The notes below the pieces were generated by a model, which saw only the letters and a program-made list of their open reading frames with translations, did not search any database and was not told the DNA's origin. From Parcubacteria group bacterium Greene1014_15 (lineage in GTDB: Bacteria > Patescibacteriota > Minisyncoccia > Phycocordibacterales > VMGT01), in the NCBI GenBank assembly GCA_007376725.1, contig VMGT01000001.1, positions 1 to 55,185 on the forward strand: a stretch of 55,185 nt of DNA. The letters are read 5' to 3'. Positions 1-5,708 of this stretch are shown here, in pieces. The position numbers and the translations under genes were made by a program. The number at the start of each line of letters is the position of its first letter. Within the stretch, counting starts at the first letter, position 1.

Positions 1-1058
1 GGCTGAAGCCTGCCCGTAAACTCATCCACAATGATCACTTCGTCGTCACGCACAACATACTCTTTGTCACGTATAAAAAGCGCCTTCGCGCGAACGGCGG
101 TTTCAAGATGGTGCACATATTTGATACCTTTGTCGGTATAGATATTATCAATACCGAGCGCTTTTTCAGCTTTTTCGATCCCCGGATCCTTAATTGATAC
201 AGACTTGAACTTCTCATCAACTTCGTAGTCTTCTCCTTCAACGAAATTTTGCACGATATTCTTAAACACCGCGTATAAATTTTCAGAGTCGGCGGAAGGC
301 ATCGATATGATAAGCGGCGTCCGCGCTTCATCAATAAGAATCGAGTCAATTTCGTCAACGATCGCGTATGCGTGTTCCCTCTGACGCAGCATTTGAGATT
401 CTAAAACAGTATTGTCACGGAGATAGTCAAAACCGAATTCGCTATTTGTGCCATACGTAATATCCGCTCTATACGCTTCCTCCCGCGTACATGGACGGAG
501 AAATTCATAGACCACCTTGAACGAACCAATCTCGTCACGTTCTTCGTCACGTTCTTTGTGTGCCGGATCATAGAGATAGGTGCCGGCGCCATTGATTACA
601 CCAACGCTCAAGCCAAGAAAAGAAAAAATCTGCCCCATCCAAACGGTGTCGCGCCTCGCAAGATAATCATTTACCGTTACCACATGCACACCTTTTCCCG
701 ACAAGGCATTCAAATACGCAGGCAGTGTGGCAACAAGTGTCTTGCCTTCACCTGTTTTCATTTCTGCTATGTTTCCTTTGTGGAGCACAATACCACCAAT
801 AAGCTGCACATCAAATGGCCGCTGTTTGAGTGTCCGCTTTGTCGCTTCGCGCACAACCGCAAATGCCTCCGGAAGAAGATTGTCTAGTATCTCTCCCTTT
901 TTCAGACGCTCTTGAAATTCTGTTGTTTTTTCACGAAGTTCTTCGGTTGTAAGAGTCTCAAACTTCTTTTCAAAAGAATTGATTTGGGCAACCGAAGGAG
1001 CACACGCCTTTAGAAAGCGTGTATTTTGGTCGCCAAACATGCTCTCGAGTAAAAACAT
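1..1058 (-). CDS. secA: Preprotein translocase ATPase SecA, N-terminal ~352 codons (partial; continues past the left edge of the window)
   Basis: My translation of the minus strand from the ATG at 1058-1056 gives [17 protein letters not shown]...[56 protein letters not shown]...[18 protein letters not shown]. This includes the SecA DEAD-motor Walker A (MKTGEGKT) and the DEAD-like DEID motif. The frame is open to position 1. The ORF track misses it because there is no stop in the window. Confidence 0.92.
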   Translation of the reverse strand, partial: MFLLESMFGDQNTRFLKACAPSVAQINSFEKKFETLTTEELREKTTEFQERLKKGEILDNLLPEAFAVVREATKRTLKQRPFDVQLIGGIVLHKGNIAEMKTGEGKTLVATLPAYLNALSGKGVHVVTVNDYLARRDTVWMGQIFSFLGLSVGVINGAGTYLYDPAHKERDEERDEIGSFKVVYEFLRPCTREEAYRADITYGTNSEFGFDYLRDNTVLESQMLRQREHAYAIVDEIDSILIDEARTPLIISMPSADSENLYAVFKNIVQNFVEGEDYEVDEKFKSVSIKDPGIEKAEKALGIDNIYTDKGIKYVHHLETAVRAKALFIRDKEYVVRDDEVIIVDEFTGRLQ

Positions 1059-1090
1059 GGGCTTAATAGTAGCGTAAAAAAACCCCGTAT

Positions 1091-1297
1091 GCGAGCTTCG
1101 TAAAAATCGATGGCATGCGAGGCGGCAAGGCAACAAAATTGCGAGACGTATTGCCTATATCGACCAGTGAGGATGCGAAATGGAAGATACTTCTTTCATT
1201 TCGTCCGAACGCCGTCGATATATAGTTACTATCTATATACGGTGAGCAATTTGGTGCCGAAGCCAACAAAGCAGGCCGCGATTTTTACGAAGCTCGC
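1091..1297. ncRNA. Candidate structured RNA or leader closed by a perfect 19-bp long-range stem (strand uncertain)
   Basis: GCGAGCTTCGTAAAAATCG (1091-1109) is the exact reverse complement of CGATTTTTACGAAGCTCGC (1279-1297). Nested helices: CTATATCGAC (1153-1162) pairs with GTCGATATATAG (about 1214-1225), and a ~15-bp hairpin lies at about 1170-1205. Read on the minus strand there is a C(UUCG)G tetraloop hairpin, and a U7 run (1082-1076) lies 8 nt past the closing stem. No coding frame. Confidence 0.35.
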
Positions 1298-1300
1298 GCA

Positions 1301-1336
1301 AAAAGAAAACAGCTCTGCGTGACGCAGGGCTGTTTT
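1301..1336. terminator. Bidirectional intrinsic-terminator-like hairpin
   Basis: CAGCTCTGCG (1310-1319), loop TGA, CGCAGGGCTG (1323-1332): a 10-bp stem with one non-Watson-Crick position. It is flanked by AAAAGAAAA on the 5' side and TTTT on the 3' side, so the minus strand reads stem + UUUUCUUUU. It lies 24 nt past the stop of the small ORF at 1356. Confidence 0.6.
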
Positions 1337-1355
1337 CGGAGAATAGAGCGAAAAA

Positions 1356-1430
1356 CTAAATTCGGCGCTTCTTTGCTGCCTTTCGCTTTGCTGGCTTTTT
1401 CGCTGCCTTTCGTCGTCTTTTTGCTGCCAT
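1356..1430 (-). CDS. Possible 24-aa Lys/Arg/Ala-rich basic peptide (MAAKRRRKAAKKPAKRKAAKKRRI)
   Basis: ATG at 1430-1428 lies inside the track ORF 1356-1574. A terminator hairpin follows. No clear SD. The composition resembles histone-H1-like or DNA/RNA-binding tails. Confidence 0.25.
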   Translation of the reverse strand: MAAKRRRKAAKKPAKRKAAKKRRI

Positions 1431-1695
1431 GCTTTTTGAGATAACTTGGTAAGAGTCTAACAGCTTCGACCAAAATCTTTTCTTAAAAACGTACGCATAC
1501 AAAGAAAAAGATTTTATTTCCTCGCTGTTATGTGCATATATAATTATCAGACAATAAAAAAACAAATACAACAACCAGTCTGGTAAAATATGTGGATAAC
1601 TTTTTTATTTTGTTTTCGCTGCGTGTAAATCAATCGCACAAAATGTTTTAAAAAAACTAGCAAGTAGAGCTTTGTGCATTTTCATATATCTTTAC

Positions 1696-1849
1696 TCACC
1701 TTACGCAACAAAATGTTTTTTCCGTCATTGCGAGGGCGGAGCCCGAAGCAATCTAGGATTCGGGCATGATACTCTAGATTGCTTCGGGCCCCGCCCTCGC
1801 AATGACGAGTATAGATAATCTCATACATAACTCATATTGCGTAAGGTGA
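1696..1849. repeat. Nested palindromic element: outer 13-bp inverted repeat enclosing a hairpin with 34-bp arms
   Basis: Inner arms are 1723-1756 (CGTCATTGCGAGGGCGGAGCCCGAAGCAATCTAG) and 1774-1807, complementary at 33/34 positions, with a 17-nt loop. The single mismatch becomes a G-U pair on the minus-strand transcript. Outer arms are TCACCTTACGCAA (1696-1708) and TTGCGTAAGGTGA (1837-1849). The element starts 5 nt past the murB stop. Confidence 0.85.
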
Positions 1850-1854
1850 CATCT

Positions 1855-2892
1855 TTATTGCACATCAAACACTCCAACAAGCTGCACTTCTCTCTCAAGC
1901 TGTATTCCTGTTTTTGCATAAATGTCATTGATAATATTGTTGCCGAATTCCATGACATCATCCGCCTTCGCATCTCCATAGTTGACAACAACAAGCGCCT
2001 GATTTTGAAAGCTGCCAACATTGCGAGACGTACTTCCCTTAAAACCACCCACATGTTCTATAAGCCAGGCAGCTGGAATCTTTGTCTTATTTTTCGAAAC
2101 TGAAAATAAAGGTATGTTTGGAAACAGTTTGCAAACTCGCGCCGCAACGGACGCAGAAACAATTGGGTTCTTGAAAAATGATCCGGCTGTTCCGTATGTC
2201 TGTAAGTCTGGAAATTTTCTGCTACGAATTTCAAGCACAGCTCTGCGCACAGACAAAAGGGTTGGTAATTCCTTATGTTCTATAAAATAATTCGTTAAAT
2301 CCTTGTATGACGTGTTCAGCCTTCCTTGCTTCTGCAGCCGAAATGTAACTTCGGAAATAATATACTTTCTGCCTACAAGCGTTTTAAAGTAACTGGTACG
2401 ATAGTCAAATTTGCATTCATCCGCAGTAAATCTGTGCCAGGTCCCCGTCTCTGCATTGCACGCCGTCACGGAAACGATCACATCCGCAACTTCCGCGCCA
2501 TACGCTCCGACATTTTGTATCGGAGTACCGCCAACACTTCCGGGAATACCGGAGAGGTTCTCTATACCGTAGACGCCACGAAGCACCGCTTCCTCTACAA
2601 AGGTGTCCCAATTTTCTCCCGCAGCAACCGATACCTCGACAAAATTCGTATCGATATCTCTTGAGAGCCGTCCTCGCAATTCAATCTTTATCACAAGACC
2701 GCGAAAACCGCTGTCAGAAATCAAAAGATTTGAGCCGCCGCCAACGATAGAGAAAGGGATGCTCTTCTTCCTGCAAAACGCAAGTGCGTCTTCAAGATCT
2801 CTTTTTGTTCGTACATTACAAAAATAATCGGCGGAACCGCCGATCTTAAACGTCGTGTATGGGGCAAGTGCCACATGTTCCTCTATTCTCAT
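1855..2892 (-). CDS. murB: UDP-N-acetylenolpyruvoylglucosamine reductase MurB
   Basis: 345-aa ORF. The N-terminus LAPYTTFKIGGSADYF...IVGGGSNLL and the GIPGSVGG motif are typical of the MurB FAD-binding domain. Confidence 0.93.
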   Translation of the reverse strand: MRIEEHVALAPYTTFKIGGSADYFCNVRTKRDLEDALAFCRKKSIPFSIVGGGSNLLISDSGFRGLVIKIELRGRLSRDIDTNFVEVSVAAGENWDTFVEEAVLRGVYGIENLSGIPGSVGGTPIQNVGAYGAEVADVIVSVTACNAETGTWHRFTADECKFDYRTSYFKTLVGRKYIISEVTFRLQKQGRLNTSYKDLTNYFIEHKELPTLLSVRRAVLEIRSRKFPDLQTYGTAGSFFKNPIVSASVAARVCKLFPNIPLFSVSKNKTKIPAAWLIEHVGGFKGSTSRNVGSFQNQALVVVNYGDAKADDVMEFGNNIINDIYAKTGIQLEREVQLVGVFDVQ

Positions 2893-2921
2893 ACCGATAG
2901 CAAGTACCTCTATTCAACAAC

Positions 2922-2988
2922 CGTGTGGTCGGCAGGTGCAAAACCCCGAAACAAAATGTTCTATGTGAGCGCAGCCGCCGACCACACG
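2922..2988. repeat. Perfect 12-bp inverted repeat (stem-loop) in the murB 5' leader / divergent promoter region
   Basis: CGTGTGGTCGGC (2922-2933) and GCCGACCACACG (2977-2988), with a 43-nt loop, starting 30 nt upstream of the murB ATG. Confidence 0.5.
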
Positions 2989-3281
2989 AGCGTGGAATGG
3001 TGCGTATAAAGTATATGTCGAAAAGGAGGGGAACGCAATCTGAAAACAAGATAGTAGACAAGCTCTAATACCCACGATAAGGTACAAGAATCTCGGAAAA
3101 CACCCCCCTTCTCAAGGTCACTCAGAATTTTGTCGCCAATTTCTTTCCTGCGAGTGCTATGTTTTCTAATCTTTTTGTCGTCATTTGCGTCTCGGTCACA
3201 ATATAACACCTATCCTATGCTCATTACAAAGGCACGAGGCAACCTTACAAGTTTCTCATGTGCTGAAAAACATGCTACAAT

Positions 3282-4019
3282 ATGACCATGTTACTGTCAT
3301 CACGTCACATAAAAAGCAAGGTTAGCAAGTGGTCCTTCAGAATACGGACATTCCACAACTGGTACACTATAGTTTTCCCCATAAACAGAATTCTCTCCAA
3401 AGAAAGAACCCTAAAAGCAAGAAACGGTATTAGGCTATTTGTGCACGATATATCATCTTCTGAAATTGGTATGACAAGGGAAGTATGGGAGAAAAATGAC
3501 TATGCAACATTACCCCCAACAGGGAACATCATTGACATTGGGGCAAATATAGGTGCATTTTCTTTACTCGCCGCAAAAAAGACAAAAGCACATATTTTTG
3601 CACTTGAGCCGATACCGGTAAATTTTCGAATATTAAAAAAGAATGTCGAGCTTAACAATTTCACATCGCGTATTAGTCCTTATTGTCTCGCTCTCGGCAT
3701 GAAAAATGAAAGACGAAATATGGTTCTGTCGAAACGCAACATGGGTGGACATTCTTTTTTTATACCAGGCACAAACACTACATCTGTCGAATGCGAAACA
3801 CTTGAAACTTTTTTGAAAAATAACAATATAGAGCATGTCGATTATATAAAATGCGACTGCGAGGGTGGGGAGTATGAGATTTTTTTAAATACACCGCGCG
3901 CAGTTTTTAATAGAATTTCGACCATAACTATCGAGCTTCATGATGTCCAAGGATATTCTTTTTCTGATCTCGAAAACCACTTTCAAAAAATGGGATATAA
4001 CTCCCCCGGCGAAATTTGA
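3282..4019 (+). CDS. FkbM-family SAM-dependent methyltransferase, probably truncated at the C-terminus next to the IS
   Basis: 245 aa. Motif I is IIDIGANIGAFSLLAA, and DYIKCDCEGGEYEIF is the FkbM signature. It is a clear paralog of 37299-38312. It ends 9 residues after the conserved MGY, whereas the paralog continues for 41. Confidence 0.8.
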   Translation: MTMLLSSRHIKSKVSKWSFRIRTFHNWYTIVFPINRILSKERTLKARNGIRLFVHDISSSEIGMTREVWEKNDYATLPPTGNIIDIGANIGAFSLLAAKKTKAHIFALEPIPVNFRILKKNVELNNFTSRISPYCLALGMKNERRNMVLSKRNMGGHSFFIPGTNTTSVECETLETFLKNNNIEHVDYIKCDCEGGEYEIFLNTPRAVFNRISTITIELHDVQGYSFSDLENHFQKMGYNSPGEI

Positions 4020-4179
4020 CTTTTAATATTCGACCTTGTGTAATTTCTCTACCGCCGCGAGACAGTTTTTTCGTTTTAGAATTGTCTCGCAATTGGTTTT
4101 GAAGCATGATAGGTATCGACTTGATTGAAAAGAATGGCCTCCTGGGCGATTGTAGCGCGTCGTTTTTTCTTTCTCATAC

Positions 4180-5025
4180 TCATTTTCCCCAATAGACGCT
4201 CTCCGGTGTTTGGTACTCTAATGATTGGTGTCTGCGCTTTGTATTGTAGAAAGAGAAGTACTCGGTCAGACCTGCGCGTGCTTCTTCGATACCCCGATAC
4301 GATTTGAGATACACATTCTCACGCTTCACGGTTCTCCACAATCGTTCGGTGAAAATATTGTCCATGCACCTGCCTCTGCCGTCCATGCTGATAGCGATAT
4401 CCTTCGCCATAAGAATGCTGGTGTAGTCTCTGTCGGTGAACTGAACGCCCTGGTCGCTGTTATGTATTTCCGGCGTAGCGATCGTCAGCGCTTGGTTAAG
4501 TGCCGCACGGCAGAAGTCTGTTTCCATCGAGAGAGAAAGCTCCCAAGACAAGACGAACCGTGAAAACCAGTCGAGAAGCGCTACAAGGTACGCCCATCCT
4601 TCTTCGAGTTTCACGTAGGTAATATCCGTACCCCAGACGTGATTTGGATGAACAACAGCAAGGTTTTTCAAGAGGTATGGATATTTTTTGTGTTCTTTAT
4701 GGGCAGTGCTCGTCTTTGGCTTTGGATAGATGGCTTCTATGCCCATCTCTCGCATAAGCCGCTGGACATGTTCGCGACAGAGGGCGACTTCGTACCGATC
4801 GAAGAGTTCAAGTCGCATTCTCCGTGATCCGTAAAAAGGATAGTCGGTGTAGATCGCGTCGATCATGTCCATGTGCTTTTTGTCTTTTGTCTTCTCTCGT
4901 TCCGTGTAGTAGAGGCTGCTGCGGGAAATAGCAAGAAGTTCAGTTTGTCGCGCGATGGAAAGGTCGGGGTGTTCTGGAGTGATGAGCGCCTTCCGTTTCT
5001 CATGACTCAAGGTGCAATTTTTTTT
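4180..5025 (-). CDS. IS3-family transposase OrfB (DDE/rve integrase domain); frame open from the A9 tract
   Basis: DDE motifs are VWGTDITY, NSDQGVQFT and TERLWRTVKRE, plus YNTKRRHQSL. The track starts it at TTG 5010. The frame is open up to the TGA at 5028-5026, immediately 5' of the A9 run. Confidence 0.9.
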   Translation of the reverse strand, partial: KKNCTLSHEKRKALITPEHPDLSIARQTELLAISRSSLYYTEREKTKDKKHMDMIDAIYTDYPFYGSRRMRLELFDRYEVALCREHVQRLMREMGIEAIYPKPKTSTAHKEHKKYPYLLKNLAVVHPNHVWGTDITYVKLEEGWAYLVALLDWFSRFVLSWELSLSMETDFCRAALNQALTIATPEIHNSDQGVQFTDRDYTSILMAKDIAISMDGRGRCMDNIFTERLWRTVKRENVYLKSYRGIEEARAGLTEYFSFYNTKRRHQSLEYQTPESVYWGK

Positions 5026-5281
5026 TCAACCAGTCGAGCTCGGTGTCTCGCTGTCCAATAATTTTGTAGAGCCGATCAACGAGGGCGCTCTGTTCCGACT
5101 CCCTTTCTTTTCGCTCGCCAGAGAAAACGAGATGTGCATTTTCAACAAGCTGCTTTTTCCAGATACCAACCTGTACGGGATGCGCTTCGTACTCGCTCCC
5201 GATCTGATTGATCGTTTTTACTCCTTTAACCGCTTCGAGAGCAATCGTTGCTTTAAGCTTTGGCGGAATGATCTTTTTCAT
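5000..5281 (-). CDS. IS3-family transposase OrfA (HTH, Transposase_8-like)
   Basis: 93 aa. MKKIIPPKLKATIALEAVKG...INQIGSEYEAHPVQVGIWKKQL plus a C-terminal leucine-zipper-like region. It overlaps orfB. Confidence 0.85.
   Translation of the reverse strand: MKKIIPPKLKATIALEAVKGVKTINQIGSEYEAHPVQVGIWKKQLVENAHLVFSGERKERESEQSALVDRLYKIIGQRDTELDWLKKKLHLES
5018..5026 (-). promoter_or_regulatory. A9 homopolymer (T9 on the plus strand) at the orfA/orfB overlap: candidate recoding or transcriptional-slippage site
   Basis: orfA reads TTG AAA AAA AAA TTG. The orfB frame reads TGA AAA AAA AAT TGC, i.e. it opens exactly at the tract. Confidence 0.55.
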
Positions 5282-5407
5282 AGGCGTGTGTTTCTTTCAG
5301 TATCTCACGCCGGGGACTTGACACAATTTCGCTGTCCAAATTTCCCAGTCCATTATAATATAAGACCTTCTGGTCGGCACCGCGAATGATACACGCCAAA
5401 CATTGGA

Positions 5408-5593
5408 TAGACCTGTCCTCAAATAGGATTTCATGACAAAATGTTCAGATTTTTAGCCCGGTAGGTGATTTTACTAAATCGCGAGACGAGGTCAAAAAAT
5501 GCGAAGAATATCAAGATATTTCAAGCAATTTTTGACGAGTCGCAGTAAAAATCTAGACACTTTTGGCAGAAAGGTTATTTGAAGACAGGTCTA
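5408..5593. repeat. Long-hairpin MITE-like element A, a divergent member of the family at 14458/49459/54041
   Basis: The 47-nt arms 5408-5454 and 5547-5593 are imperfect reverse complements; the first 18 nt are TAGACCTGTC(C/T)TCAAATA. The interior is also self-complementary (GCGAGACGAGGTCAAAAAATGC with GCAATTTTTGACGAGTCGC). It shares ACCTGTCC and GACA(C/T)TTTTGGCAGA strings with copies C and D. Confidence 0.7.
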
Positions 5594-5598
5594 ATATA

Positions 5599-5629
5599 CG
5601 AAAAGGCCCGCCGAAGCGGACCTTTTCGC
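5599..5629 (-). terminator. Intrinsic terminator downstream of the 5709-8180 gene (bidirectional architecture)
   Basis: The minus strand reads CGAAAAGGUCCGC-UUCG-GCGGGCCUUUUCG followed by UAUAUU. It has a GC-rich stem and a UUCG tetraloop. The one non-Watson-Crick position is G-U on the minus strand but C-A on the plus strand. Confidence 0.8.
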
Positions 5630-5708
5630 AGAACATTTTTATTAGAGCAAGCACTGATGTGCGCACTCACGAGGACAGTATAGCAGAGTGCTTCTAAAAA
5701 GTCAAATT

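Larger units (their letters stand above)
4037..5325 (-). mobile_element. IS3-family insertion sequence (boundaries approximate)
   Basis: orfA plus orfB in the typical IS3 arrangement. Candidate imperfect terminal inverted repeats begin with TGTGT: left TGTGTAATTTCTCTACCGCCGCGAGAC (from 4037), right (reverse complement of 5300-5325) TGTGTCAAGTCCCCGGCGTGAGATAC. The length of ~1.29 kb fits IS3. I could not identify a target-site duplication. Confidence 0.6.

Noticed and set aside
35-915. Track ORFs 35-358, 401-592, 558-887 and 727-915.
   Set aside because: All lie inside, out of frame with, or antisense to the open secA reading frame (1-1058, minus strand), which has unmistakable SecA motifs.
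1591-1599. Perfect DnaA-box consensus (TGTGGATAA = TTATCCACA) in an AT-rich spacer; possible oriC.
   Set aside because: I found only a single consensus box. There is no cluster of boxes and no dnaA or dnaN nearby. The TATCCAC strings in the MITE termini are only 7/9 matches. This is insufficient for an origin call.
2961-3209. 82-aa minus-strand ORF in the murB-FkbM intergenic region.
   Set aside because: No motifs and no SD. It spans the inverted repeat and the promoter region, so it is most likely spurious.
5327-5389. Possible displaced 3' remnant of the FkbM gene to the right of the IS (frame reads ...VHYNIRPSGRHRE*, compared with the paralog's ...EWAPCASGRKML...).
   Set aside because: The similarity is limited to about 4 residues (SGR+basic). 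No consistent junction or target duplication could be reconstructed, so this may be chance.
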